This document shows positions 50,753 through 60,372 of a stretch of DNA of 64,000 nucleotides, one piece after another. The position numbers were made by a program, and so were the translations under genes. Below the pieces are notes generated by a model. The model had not been told where the DNA came from, did not search any database, and saw only the letters and a list, made by a program, of their open reading frames with translations. Each line of letters begins with the position of its first letter. Position 1 is the stretch's first letter. Location of the stretch: positions 320,001 through 384,000 of the forward strand of contig JBGAHS010000010.1 of the NCBI GenBank assembly GCA_044226015.1, in the 5' to 3' direction. Source of the DNA: Candidatus Obscuribacteraceae bacterium. Lineage in GTDB: Bacteria; Cyanobacteriota; Vampirovibrionia; Obscuribacterales; Obscuribacteraceae.

Positions 50753-51457
50753 ATGTTGTTGAAGAAAAGTGCGGTTCTGCTCCTTCTAGCCCTGGGAATT
50801 GGTGCTCCTGCATCGTTCTCTCAAGACCAGAAGCCGTTCGAGCTCGGAGTAGAGCAGAGAAACTTTCTTCCCGGCGAGCAACCTGCTGTTCCTCAGTATG
50901 GCAAGCCGATGATGATCGGACCGCCGCCAGTGACTGATACACATAAGACTCCGCCGCCCAAGAAAGAAAAGAAAATTAAAGCTTCTATTGAACAGACTGC
51001 TCCTCCTCCTCCGCTGCAACGAATGCAGCCACAGCCTCAGCAACAGATGATGCAACCGGTGCAGGGAGTCTTGCCGCCACAATTTCTTGGACGCTGGCAG
51101 GTGCTGGGTAATCGCAGCTCAGTAGAGGCGCAACCGCAATATCAATCTGGAATGGATAGCATCTTTTCGATGACCACATCTAATATGTGGAACATTCAAG
51201 GCACTCCAGAGCAAGGTTACATGCTGAGCACCGACACAGGTGTGTCGACACCACTGATGGTGCAGACGCAAGGTAATACAGCAATTCTTCGCTATCAGCA
51301 TCCCATACGAAACACCGTTGCACAAGAAGCGCTGGTTATGCAGCTTGGCCCGAATGGCGCCCAATTTGAGGGGCTGGAACGCATCAGCATTGTAAAACAG
51401 GGTGAGCCTGGACCTCGAGCCAAGGTGACTTACAAACTTATTGGTCGCAGGCAATAA
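50753..51457 (+). CDS. Secreted hypothetical protein (paralog 1)
   Basis: GGAGG SD, signal peptide, Pro-rich linker, C-terminal domain shared with the next gene. Confidence 0.82.
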   Translation: MLLKKSAVLLLLALGIGAPASFSQDQKPFELGVEQRNFLPGEQPAVPQYGKPMMIGPPPVTDTHKTPPPKKEKKIKASIEQTAPPPPLQRMQPQPQQQMMQPVQGVLPPQFLGRWQVLGNRSSVEAQPQYQSGMDSIFSMTTSNMWNIQGTPEQGYMLSTDTGVSTPLMVQTQGNTAILRYQHPIRNTVAQEALVMQLGPNGAQFEGLERISIVKQGEPGPRAKVTYKLIGRRQ

Positions 51458-51516
51458 AATCCGTCTATAACTTTTTAAGGCTAACTAAAAGCATGCCGCT
51501 CTGCAAAGGTGAATCC

Positions 51517-52224
51517 ATGAATCATGCTCGTCTTCCCCTGGTGTTGGCGATGCTTTCAAGTACGTTGGTTCATTCTCAGGTCTCTTTCGCCGAAGATGGA
51601 ACCTTGCTCAAAGGTGGTGTTAAGGATGGTGCTTACATTTCGGCACCAGCGGTTCAGCCCTATGGTACACCGCAGTATGCCAAGCCACAGTTTGTAGGTC
51701 CGCCGAAAATTCAAAAGGCAGCAATACAGACCTCTGTAACTAAACCAAAACCGCCTTTGCCGAAGCCAACACCTAAGCCGATTGTGAAACCTGTCGTGAG
51801 ACCGGCACCGGTCAGAATGGCTCCGAAAGAGGACGTTCTTCCGCCTCAGTTCTTGGGCAGATGGAGCGTTAGCGGACAACGTTCGAGCATGGAAGGTCAG
51901 CCTCAATATCAAAGCGCGCTGGGTGGAATTTTTGCAGCCACCACCAGCAATACCTGGAACGTAACTGGTGATCCAGACCAGGGTTACCTGCTGACGACAG
52001 ATTCTGGTGTGTCAACACCGCTAAGCGTTCACATGGAAAACGCCCAGACTGCAGTTCTTCAGTACAAGCATCCAATAAATAAAACGCTGGCGCTTGAAGC
52101 AGTAGTTTTGCAATTAAACCCGGGCGGAACTAGTTTCAGCGGCTTAGAGCGCATCTCTATTGTGAAACCTGGCGAGCCTGCACCGCGTGCGAAGGTTACT
52201 TACAAATTGTTCGGACGAAAATAA
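51517..52224 (+). CDS. Secreted hypothetical protein (paralog 2)
   Basis: Shares VLPPQFLGRW, GVSTPL, GLERISIVK, PRAKVTYKL with paralog 1. Confidence 0.82.
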   Translation: MNHARLPLVLAMLSSTLVHSQVSFAEDGTLLKGGVKDGAYISAPAVQPYGTPQYAKPQFVGPPKIQKAAIQTSVTKPKPPLPKPTPKPIVKPVVRPAPVRMAPKEDVLPPQFLGRWSVSGQRSSMEGQPQYQSALGGIFAATTSNTWNVTGDPDQGYLLTTDSGVSTPLSVHMENAQTAVLQYKHPINKTLALEAVVLQLNPGGTSFSGLERISIVKPGEPAPRAKVTYKLFGRK

Positions 52225-52247
52225 GCGCGACAGATAACTATAACTAA

Positions 52248-52667
52248 CTACTGACCCATGATGAGTGCATTGTGTATGTTGTCTTTGAGTTCTTCCCTGC
52301 AGCCTTCTAAATCTTGAATAAGTTGTTGTGCGGTTTTGAGCGCCTGTTCTATGCGATCAGCACTGGCATTGAGAAATCTGTCATCAGGTTTACCCTTTGA
52401 CTTCGCAAATTCGCGGTCGACCTGTTGTACTTGCCGCAAGCTTTTGTCCAGATCTCTGGCTATCTGTTTTACTTCTTTCAACGAGTCATTTATGTGTGAG
52501 CCGGAGGAATCTGCACCACGATTCAAATTCAAAACCATAAACTCTTCACGTGTGAACTGTCTATCTGCGGGGGGTGGTTTTACGTTTCCAGCAAGGGCTT
52601 CTGTGCCAAGGCTTCCAATAGCCAGGCTGATCATTGCAACTGCGACAGAACCTTTTCGTATATTCAT
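52248..52667 (-). CDS. Secreted helical hypothetical protein
   Basis: Signal peptide (EALA), amphipathic helices; G-rich SD. Confidence 0.75.
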   Translation of the reverse strand: MNIRKGSVAVAMISLAIGSLGTEALAGNVKPPPADRQFTREEFMVLNLNRGADSSGSHINDSLKEVKQIARDLDKSLRQVQQVDREFAKSKGKPDDRFLNASADRIEQALKTAQQLIQDLEGCREELKDNIHNALIMGQ

Positions 52668-52718
52668 TAAATCCCCCGGGAGATTTGCATAGACATTTCA
52701 CTTGCAAGGTAAGATTAC

Positions 52719-54044
52719 ATGATTGAAAACAAAAAGGGAAACTTGCTGGTGTCTACAGTTTTAAAAATCGGCACAATTCACCTTGCCATCGTTTTTGCAA
52801 GCTCCATAGGGTTGTTGGAGTTCTTTTCCACGCCGTCATCTGCTGCGGCAACAGCATCTGCAGACACCGCATCTGGTGGCGAGTTTGTAGATCTGCAGAC
52901 CCGACCTAGCACCGGACTTGAACCGCAACTTCAAGTGGCAAGTTCGGGTGAACTGCTCAGGCGCGGAATGGACGAAATGAATCGACAGTTTTATGAGGCT
53001 GCGACTAAAGACTTTCGCGAGGTCTTGCGAAGAGAACCTGAAAATCTTGTTGCGCGAAATAACTTAGCTGTTGCACTGAAGAAGCAAGGGCAGCTAGAAG
53101 AAGCATTGGCTGAATACAAGAAAATTATTGAACAAAACCCAAATCGTGCAGAGTTGCATAACAATTTGGCATGCGCATATATGGCACAGGGCGATTTTCC
53201 CAAGGCGATGGAATCACTCTATCAGGCGATACATCTGAAGCCCGGCTATTTCGATGCGCGGTATAACCTCGCACACTTGCTCTTTCTCAATGGCGACAAT
53301 GATGCTGCTATTGAGCAATATCAGGAAGCGGCGAAAGCGAACCCTAATTCTTCGATCACTCACCGAGACTTTGGCGATGCTCTGCGGGCTGGGGGGCAGA
53401 TCAAACAGTCGATAATTGAGTACAAAACAGCGCAGAGGCTTGGTGATAATTCCACGCTGATTCTCGTGAAGCTCGGTCGAGCTGAGAAGGATGCAAAAGA
53501 ACTCGCGGAGGCGCAAAAAACCTTAGAACAGGCATTGCAGCGCGAGCCGAAGAATACTGAGGTTTTGAATTTGCTGGGCTTGGTGTCGTGGAGAGCGAAG
53601 CGCTTGCATGACGCGCAGTCGTATTTTGAGAAGGCGCTTGATATTGACCCCAAATATCCGCAGGCGAGAAACAATTTAGGTATGGTCTTGTACGCGCTGC
53701 ATCGGTATGATGACGCCGTCACTGTATGGCGACAGGCACTGAATCTGAAACCTGATTATGCCGAAGTTCACTTCAATATGGGTGCTGCGCTCTATCGTGC
53801 TGGTTTGTATAAGCCAGCAGCGGAAGCCTACGGCGAAAGCTTGAAGTATCACCCTGACGATGCTCTTGCTCATAACAATCGCGGATTGGCACTTGCGAAG
53901 GTCGGTGAGAAGCAAGCCGCAATTGAAGAGTGGCGGAAGGCTTTGCAAATAAATCCAAACATGGGTCAGGCTCATGTGAACCTTGGGCGGCAATTGATTC
54001 TGGATGCGCCAGCTCCAAAAGATGACATACATGAAAGCGGTTAA
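52719..54044 (+). CDS. TPR repeat protein
   Basis: ~10 TPR units (ARNNLGMVLYALHRYDDAVTVWRQALNLKP etc.). Confidence 0.92.
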   Translation: MIENKKGNLLVSTVLKIGTIHLAIVFASSIGLLEFFSTPSSAAATASADTASGGEFVDLQTRPSTGLEPQLQVASSGELLRRGMDEMNRQFYEAATKDFREVLRREPENLVARNNLAVALKKQGQLEEALAEYKKIIEQNPNRAELHNNLACAYMAQGDFPKAMESLYQAIHLKPGYFDARYNLAHLLFLNGDNDAAIEQYQEAAKANPNSSITHRDFGDALRAGGQIKQSIIEYKTAQRLGDNSTLILVKLGRAEKDAKELAEAQKTLEQALQREPKNTEVLNLLGLVSWRAKRLHDAQSYFEKALDIDPKYPQARNNLGMVLYALHRYDDAVTVWRQALNLKPDYAEVHFNMGAALYRAGLYKPAAEAYGESLKYHPDDALAHNNRGLALAKVGEKQAAIEEWRKALQINPNMGQAHVNLGRQLILDAPAPKDDIHESG

Positions 54045-54109
54045 GTAATTAAAAAAACGTCCTGCGGTATCATTTAGTCCGTACAGGTCTGACTTGGAGT
54101 TTGGTACAG

Positions 54110-54502
54110 ATGGACGGGACAGAACATTTCGACTTAGCAGCTACTATGGACGCCATCACACAGGGGATTGTCTCGATTGTCTGCCGTATAGGGTTCGAAG
54201 CTGCGGTTCATGGGCTCGTACTTGCTGGGGTGGTCCTGGCTGCATCGCTTTTCTATGCAACCAGGAAGCATCGCTTCGCCAAACCGCTGGTCACAGTGGC
54301 TAAGAAGCTCTCTATCTTCTGCGCTATCATTGCTATTCCGGGAGTAATAAGCCTGGTCAGCACCGGAAAGTTGCCGCCGATCAATTCCTTACAGCTTTCT
54401 TCTGTAGGCTTGATCGGATTCTGGACTCTCGTGACTCTGCACCTTTGCATGGAAGAAATCAATTTCCAGTTGATTCAATCTCGTGGAAGTCAGAAAGGCT
54501 AG
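54110..54502 (+). CDS. Small integral membrane protein (about 3 TM)
   Basis: Three hydrophobic segments; GGAG upstream of ATG 54110 (ORF track starts at 54101). Confidence 0.7.
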   Translation: MDGTEHFDLAATMDAITQGIVSIVCRIGFEAAVHGLVLAGVVLAASLFYATRKHRFAKPLVTVAKKLSIFCAIIAIPGVISLVSTGKLPPINSLQLSSVGLIGFWTLVTLHLCMEEINFQLIQSRGSQKG

Positions 54503-54723
54503 AAGTTCCTCCGGGAAGTACTGTCCTGCTGTTCTGTGGGGATCTTGTCGACTAAATTCTGTTAGCTTTCTTCCAAGATTTTTTTTCGCTGTTGGAAAAC
54601 GCTGGATTCCACTTTTGTTGCTAGATGCTCCTGTCTGGCTTGGCTCTTTGCTGTTTTCTTGGTCTATTTGTGGGGTACTTTTTCCAATCGCGTTGTTGGA
54701 ATGCATAGCGATATCTTGAAATC

Positions 54724-54958
54724 ATTGCAGCCCCCCCAGCAGCAAGTAAACAAATTGACCGAGCCCCAACCCCCCCCTCAAAGGCTCGTCAATGGAAGGA
54801 AGGAGACAACATCCCCCCCACGTTGTCGCCTCAAAAAAAGAAAGCAGCTACCGCTGTCCGGACTAGTAAGCCACCCCGAAAGTTGAGCCCCCCCTCTCCA
54901 ACTCGGATTTACTAATTGTTCGGCTACCTGAGTCCAGGCGGTAGCTGTTTTTTTTTTT
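54724..54958 (+). ncRNA. Candidate novel structured ncRNA with four poly-C hairpin loops
   Basis: Four stems capped by C7/C8 loops; 12-bp closing stem followed by T11; G-U pairs in the long stem favour the + strand. Confidence 0.55.
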
Positions 54959-55079
54959 GCCTATATTGAGCAAATTAAATGACTAAAAGCCCCGCACGTG
55001 CGAGACTTCCATTGGCGTTTGGGGATTCAGCAGCAATAGCCGCTGAGCAGGTTGGCTAGCCTTCGGGCTAGGTTGGAAT

Positions 55080-56495
55080 ATGGATATGGGCATGATCAAA
55101 AATTTGAAACTGGCAAAAATTCCATTTGTAGGAATGTCGTTTTTTGCAACTACTATTCTTTCGATGCCGTTCGCTCATGGTGAGTCCACCGACAGCATTC
55201 ACTGCTATGTCACAAGCAATGACAAAAAGTGCACAGAACAGGCTGCGTTGAACTTCAAATCTGCTGACGCAAATGGTGATGTTATCAGCATAGGAAACGA
55301 AAAGAAGCAAGAAATACTCGGCTTCGGTGGTGCGTTTACTGATGCTGCTTGTTACAACTTCAAAGATTTGTCTTCCGAATCGCGAAGCAAACTTTTCAAC
55401 AATCTCTTTTCTCCATCGGAATTGGGGCTCAACTTTTGTCGTATCTGTGTAGGCGCGAGCGACTATGCGACCAAAGCCTATAGTTATGATGAAGGTGAAC
55501 CAGATCCTGAGATGAAGCGCTTTTCCATAGCACATGATACTCAGTGGATTTTGCCGGCGCTAAAGGAAGCGCGCAAGGTGAACCCAGATATCTTTTTGCT
55601 TGCGTCACCCTGGAGCCCGCCAGGATGGATGAAACCTAACAACTCGATGTTGGGTGGCAACATACAAAGAAAGAGCTTTGAACCTTATTCCAAGTACTTC
55701 ATTCGTTTTCTGAAGGCTTACGAAGAGGCAGGCGTGCCAGTTAATGCTGTCACTGTGCAAAATGAAGTTGATACGGATCAAGATAGTCGCATGCCAGCAT
55801 GTTTGTGGCCGCAAGAGTACGAAATGGATTTTGTCAGACAGTTTCTTGGACCTTCCATTCAAAAAGAAAATCTCAAAACTAAGGTCTGGATTATCGACCA
55901 CAACTATAATCTCTGGGGCAGAGCAATTGACGAGCTTGAAGGCGACGACATGCTCAAGTACGTCGGTGGAATTGCATGGCATGGATACGTGGGTTCGCCT
56001 ACTCTGATGACCAGAGTTCACAATGCGTTTCCTCAGGTTGATATGTACTGGACTGAAGGCGGACCTGACGTCACTCAGCCAGACTACAAAACAGATTGGG
56101 TTAAGTGGTCAACTTCGTTCTCTGGAATTTTGAATAACTGGTGCCGCGGCATTATCGCGTGGAATCTGGCTCTGGATGAAGAGGGTAAGCCAAACATAGG
56201 ACCATTCCCTTGTGGTGGCATGGTTACAATCAACTCCAAAACAAAGGATATTTCCTACAGCGGACAGTATTGGGCGATGTCTCAATATTCTAGATTTATC
56301 AAGCGTGGTGCACATGTGCTCAACAGTGAAACCAATGCGAAGGATTTGTCGGTTATGGCTGCAGAAAATCCTGATGGAAAGACTGTACTTGTTGCCACCA
56401 ATGGCGGTGGCTCACGAAAAGTGTCTCTGAAGGTGAAAGGCAAAGTAGCTGAATTGCAGCTAGATCCTAATTCCGTTTCTACCTTCGTTTGGTAA
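55080..56495 (+). CDS. Glycoside hydrolase family 30 (glucosylceramidase/beta-1,6-glucanase-like)
   Basis: GFGGAFTDAA, ASPWSPPGWMK, TVQNE (acid/base), WTEG (nucleophile), WNLALD. Confidence 0.92.
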   Translation: MDMGMIKNLKLAKIPFVGMSFFATTILSMPFAHGESTDSIHCYVTSNDKKCTEQAALNFKSADANGDVISIGNEKKQEILGFGGAFTDAACYNFKDLSSESRSKLFNNLFSPSELGLNFCRICVGASDYATKAYSYDEGEPDPEMKRFSIAHDTQWILPALKEARKVNPDIFLLASPWSPPGWMKPNNSMLGGNIQRKSFEPYSKYFIRFLKAYEEAGVPVNAVTVQNEVDTDQDSRMPACLWPQEYEMDFVRQFLGPSIQKENLKTKVWIIDHNYNLWGRAIDELEGDDMLKYVGGIAWHGYVGSPTLMTRVHNAFPQVDMYWTEGGPDVTQPDYKTDWVKWSTSFSGILNNWCRGIIAWNLALDEEGKPNIGPFPCGGMVTINSKTKDISYSGQYWAMSQYSRFIKRGAHVLNSETNAKDLSVMAAENPDGKTVLVATNGGGSRKVSLKVKGKVAELQLDPNSVSTFVW

Positions 56496-56532
56496 CTCGT
56501 GTACAATTGAAGTGAGATGCCGAGGATGCCTT

Positions 56533-57240
56533 ATGAATCTTAAATTGCTCAGCTTTTCAGTTCTGATGGCTGGCTTGCTTGCGCAAACATCAGTCTATGC
56601 GCAATATGGACAGTCTGGCTATTACGGCAATTCCACCAACCGATACCCTAACGTGTTGCCGACCAGCGGTGTGATGGGACCAAACATGCAGACCTACTCT
56701 CAGTATGGTCGAAACCCAGCCACTGGCGGCTATGGCGGATATGGTGGCTATTATGGTCAATATCCTTATGCAAATCAGCCTGGCTACGGCTACTACACTG
56801 CCAGCCCGTACCTGAATTCTTATCCTGCACTTGGTTCTCCCGTTCCTGTTAACGGTGGAATGTTCAGGTTCAACATCGGTGGCTTCTCTGGTTCTTACTG
56901 GAGAGCGCCTTCCGGTTACTACTATCCATGGGGTGCCGGCGCTGTATTTGCTACTCCGGCACCAGTGATTATCGTTAATAATGGAAGCTCTCAGGTGGCG
57001 CAGCCTCCTGTTGGTGATTTATTCAAGGACATGAGTTCCTATATAGAGGATCAAAACACCAAGAAGAAGCTTAAGCCCGACGATTACCAGCATCTGGCGC
57101 GTCGACTCCGTGACCTGCAGGGAATGGAAGCTTCGATGCGGACAAGGAACAATGGTTCTCTTGACCCTGATGATGAGGAAACTCTTCGTAAGGATGCGGC
57201 TATGTTGTCTGGGGATATAAGTAGAAGAATCCTACCCTAG
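56533..57240 (+). CDS. Secreted Gly/Tyr-rich hypothetical protein
   Basis: GAGGA SD, signal peptide, GGYGGYGGYYG region, helical C-terminal domain. Confidence 0.75.
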   Translation: MNLKLLSFSVLMAGLLAQTSVYAQYGQSGYYGNSTNRYPNVLPTSGVMGPNMQTYSQYGRNPATGGYGGYGGYYGQYPYANQPGYGYYTASPYLNSYPALGSPVPVNGGMFRFNIGGFSGSYWRAPSGYYYPWGAGAVFATPAPVIIVNNGSSQVAQPPVGDLFKDMSSYIEDQNTKKKLKPDDYQHLARRLRDLQGMEASMRTRNNGSLDPDDEETLRKDAAMLSGDISRRILP

Positions 57241-57256
57241 CGGGCAGCTTTTAGCT

Positions 57257-57286
57257 CTGAGAGCGCAGCCAACCTGGCTGCTTCGG
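57257..57286 (-). repeat. REP-like palindromic element
   Basis: Minus strand CCGAAGCAGCCAGGTTGGCTGCGCTCTCAG with a GCAGCCA/TGGCTGC hairpin, between convergent genes. Confidence 0.55.
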
Positions 57287-57305
57287 TCTTCCAGTTGGCG
57301 CTAGC

Positions 57306-57950
57306 TCAGGCGTTTACGCCCTCTGGTTTCACTATCTCCATAACGTACTTGCGTAGTTCTTCTTGCACCATGTGCATCGCTGCGGCTGCATCCAGAATGC
57401 GCCATCTATCTGGATCTTGCTTAGACAATTCCAGATAGCCGCTGCGTACTTTGTGGTGGAAGTCGATAGCTTCGCGTTCCAATCGATCATGACCGCTCGG
57501 GTGCAAGCGTGCCAGTCCGGCGCTGCTCTCTATGTCGAACAGAATTGTGCGGACAGGTTTTAATCCCTGGGTAGCAACTTCGTTGATTTGCTCAATTAGA
57601 TTGAGATCAATGCCTCTTCCATAGCCCTGGTATGCAAGAGTAGAGTCCGTGTATCTGTCACAGAAAACAACTTTGCCTTCTTCGAGATTTGGCAAAATGA
57701 TTTCGGAAACGTTTTGGGCTCGATCCGCCTCGTAGAGCAGCAGCTCTGCCACTGGACCGATAGTAGATTTTGCGTCAAGCAGAATTCGTCGAATTGGTTT
57801 TCCTAAGGACGTGCCGCCTGGGTCTCTTGTGATTACGTGCGGAATGCCCTCATCGCTGAGGTACTTCGTGAGCAGCTTTAGCTGGGTTGTTTTACCAGCA
57901 CCTTCTGGTCCTTCCAGTGTGATGAAAATACCTTTTTTCTTTGTCGCCAT
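57306..57950 (-). CDS. tmk: Thymidylate kinase
   Basis: FITLEGPEGAGKTTQ, TRDPGGT, DRAQ, CDRYTDSTLAYQGYGRG. Confidence 0.97.
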   Translation of the reverse strand: MATKKKGIFITLEGPEGAGKTTQLKLLTKYLSDEGIPHVITRDPGGTSLGKPIRRILLDAKSTIGPVAELLLYEADRAQNVSEIILPNLEEGKVVFCDRYTDSTLAYQGYGRGIDLNLIEQINEVATQGLKPVRTILFDIESSAGLARLHPSGHDRLEREAIDFHHKVRSGYLELSKQDPDRWRILDAAAAMHMVQEELRKYVMEIVKPEGVNA

Positions 57951-57980
57951 GTCTTCTATATCAATCGAGTAGTTGTATTT

Positions 57981-58589
57981 TTACTTGAGTAAGGCTTCTG
58001 TGTGCTTGACCAGATCTGCCTCTGAAGGAACACCCTCATTTTTCCAGGCGACTTTGCCTTTGGCATCTAGCATCATTATTGTTGGCATGACATTGATGTT
58101 GTACTTCGTGGCCAGTGGTTTGCCTGTAGCTGACTCAACGTCGTAGTGTACGAATTTGACCTTTCCTTTGTAGGTTTCACCAACTTTGTCGAAGGTCGGT
58201 GCAAACTTCTTACAAGGAACGCACCATGATGCGCCAAAATCTATTACCTGCGGTGCCGCAGAGCTCACTTTGTCTGTGGCTTTTGCTGCCGGTTTGCTGT
58301 CGGTCTTGCTGCTTGCAGTTTTGCTCGTTGATTTTGAGTCGGCTGCTTTTACGTCAGTCTTTGTCTCTGTTTTAGTTGTCGTCTTCTTATCGGTTTTTGC
58401 GTCAACATTTGCAGATGCTTTCGTGCTTGAGCTGCTTGTTTTTGTTTCAGCCTTTACTTCGGATGGTGCTGCGATGCTGGGTTGGGAAGCAAGAGCAAGA
58501 AGGCTAACTGCAGTAAAAATTCCTGCCAAAGTCTGCTGCTGCAAATTGATTGATTTGATTAGCTTCATATGTCTAGCTCTGAGCCCCAT
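57981..58589 (-). CDS. Exported thioredoxin-domain protein
   Basis: Signal peptide, K/T/S-rich linker, DFGASWCVPCK, MPT; start may be ATG 58568. Confidence 0.88.
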   Translation of the reverse strand: MGLRARHMKLIKSINLQQQTLAGIFTAVSLLALASQPSIAAPSEVKAETKTSSSSTKASANVDAKTDKKTTTKTETKTDVKAADSKSTSKTASSKTDSKPAAKATDKVSSAAPQVIDFGASWCVPCKKFAPTFDKVGETYKGKVKFVHYDVESATGKPLATKYNINVMPTIMMLDAKGKVAWKNEGVPSEADLVKHTEALLK

Positions 58590-58787
58590 GAAAACAACGG
58601 ATAACTTTGGGCTATTTTTTCATCTTTGCTAGTTCCCTACAAGCTTTCTGATTTCATTGAGGAAATTGCCTTGTTTGCAACGCTGCAGCCTGCTCTGTGC
58701 TATCATTTCAGGCTATCCAAACGAATTTCAGCTGGCGTCCCGTGTCCCCCGCGTCCCAGAGTGGTCGCGCTTCTGGAGGTTTCCGTT

Positions 58788-60293
58788 ATGAACCAAACTA
58801 TAGCCGCTCCGAAGGTCAAAATAGATCGCAAGTGGCAGCTCTATATCGATGGCAAGTTCGAAGATGGTGACTCCGAGCGTACACTCATCAACCCCGCCAA
58901 TGGTGCAGTCCTTTGCAAAGTGGCTGAAGCTTCTAAAGCACAGGTGGAAAAGGCAATTCAAGCTGCAAGAAAGGCTTTTGACGAAGGTCCATGGCCGAGA
59001 CTATCGGCGCAGGAAAGAGCAGCTTACTTGATGAAGTTGGCTGAGCAGGTTGATGAACACGCTGATGAGTTGGCTGAAATTGAGGTTCTTAATGGTGGAA
59101 AGCCTCTTCGTGAGGCTAAATATGATGTGGCCGATGCTGCGGGCTGCTTCCGCTATTACGCCGGTTTAATCACTAAGCCCACAGGTCAGACAGTCGATGT
59201 TCCGGCTCCTTCTGTCACTCAAATCGTTCGTGAGCCGATAGGTGTATGTGGACAGATCATTCCATGGAACTATCCTCTTTTGATGGCTGCATGGAAGCTG
59301 GCTCCGGCGCTGGCTGCAGGCAACACGCTAGTATTGAAGCCTAGCGAATTTACTCCTTTGTCCGCTGTTCGTCTTGCTGAATTCGTCAATGAAGTTGGAA
59401 TTCCAGACGGCGTTGTGAACATCGTGCTAGGCGCAGGTCCGACAGCCGGTCAACCTCTTGCAGAAAGTCATCTCGTTGACAAAATTGCATTCACTGGAAG
59501 CGTTAGGACTGGAAAAGTAATCGCGCAGGCTGCCCTCGGTAACTTGAAAAAAATCACTCTCGAACTTGGTGGTAAATCACCGATGATCGTATTCGGAGAC
59601 TACGATGTCGACACTGCTGTCGACTATGCTTTGTTCGCAATCTTCGCTAACAGCGGACAGGTTTGCTCGGCCGGTTCAAGATTCCTCGTTCAAGACAAGG
59701 TCTACGATGAGTTCCTCAAGAAGTTTGTTGAGCGCAGCAAAAAAATTACCGTTGGACCTGGACTAGATGAAAGCACCGAAATGGGACCACTAGTAAATGA
59801 AGTTCAATGGAACCGAGTTAAAGAGTACATTGAAATTGGTAAGAAAGAGGGCGCTAAGCTCGAAGTTGGTGGCGATTGCCCGCAAGGAAGCAAGTACGAA
59901 AAGGGCTTCTACATCAATCCGACAGTATTCAGCAACGTCAAGCAAGACATGCGCATTGTCCAAGAAGAAATCTTTGGACCAGTAGCTGTGGTGCAAAAAT
60001 TCAGCAAAGAAGAAGAAGCTCTTTCTATGGCGAATGACTCTCCGTACGGTCTTGCTGGCGCTGTTTTCACAAACGACGTGACCCGCGCTTATCGTGTAAT
60101 CAAAGGTCTGCGCGCTGGCATTACCTGGATTAATGGATATCACTCAACCTACAACGAGTGCCCATGGGGTGGATATAAGCAAAGCGGATGGGGACGTGAG
60201 CTCGGAACCTTTGGCTTGGATGCTTACACTGAAGTGAAGCAAATCAACCTGAACCTTGCTCCTGAAGCCGTAGGCTGGTTCGAAAAGAAGTAG
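58788..60293 (+). CDS. NAD-dependent aldehyde dehydrogenase (betaine/amino-aldehyde DH-like)
   Basis: PWNYP, KPSE, FTGS, LELGGKSP, GQVCSAGSR, EEIFGPV; GGAGG SD before ATG 58788. Confidence 0.95.
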   Translation: MNQTIAAPKVKIDRKWQLYIDGKFEDGDSERTLINPANGAVLCKVAEASKAQVEKAIQAARKAFDEGPWPRLSAQERAAYLMKLAEQVDEHADELAEIEVLNGGKPLREAKYDVADAAGCFRYYAGLITKPTGQTVDVPAPSVTQIVREPIGVCGQIIPWNYPLLMAAWKLAPALAAGNTLVLKPSEFTPLSAVRLAEFVNEVGIPDGVVNIVLGAGPTAGQPLAESHLVDKIAFTGSVRTGKVIAQAALGNLKKITLELGGKSPMIVFGDYDVDTAVDYALFAIFANSGQVCSAGSRFLVQDKVYDEFLKKFVERSKKITVGPGLDESTEMGPLVNEVQWNRVKEYIEIGKKEGAKLEVGGDCPQGSKYEKGFYINPTVFSNVKQDMRIVQEEIFGPVAVVQKFSKEEEALSMANDSPYGLAGAVFTNDVTRAYRVIKGLRAGITWINGYHSTYNECPWGGYKQSGWGRELGTFGLDAYTEVKQINLNLAPEAVGWFEKK

Positions 60294-60328
60294 GAGCAGA
60301 GCAATGATAAATTGCTCTTGATGGTAGT

Positions 60329-60358
60329 AGCCAGGGCTATTTAAAGCCCTGGCTTTTT
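60329..60358 (+). terminator. Intrinsic terminator after ALDH
   Basis: AGCCAGGGCT-atttaa-AGCCCTGGCT followed by TTTT. Confidence 0.75.
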
Positions 60359-60372
60359 GTGAGAGAAATGCT

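Noticed and set aside
54659..54886. 75-aa ORF, or phase-variable poly-C tracts, across the C-loop element
   Set aside because: No SD, no recognisable domain, TTG start; the C runs sit in hairpin loops and are better explained by RNA structure.
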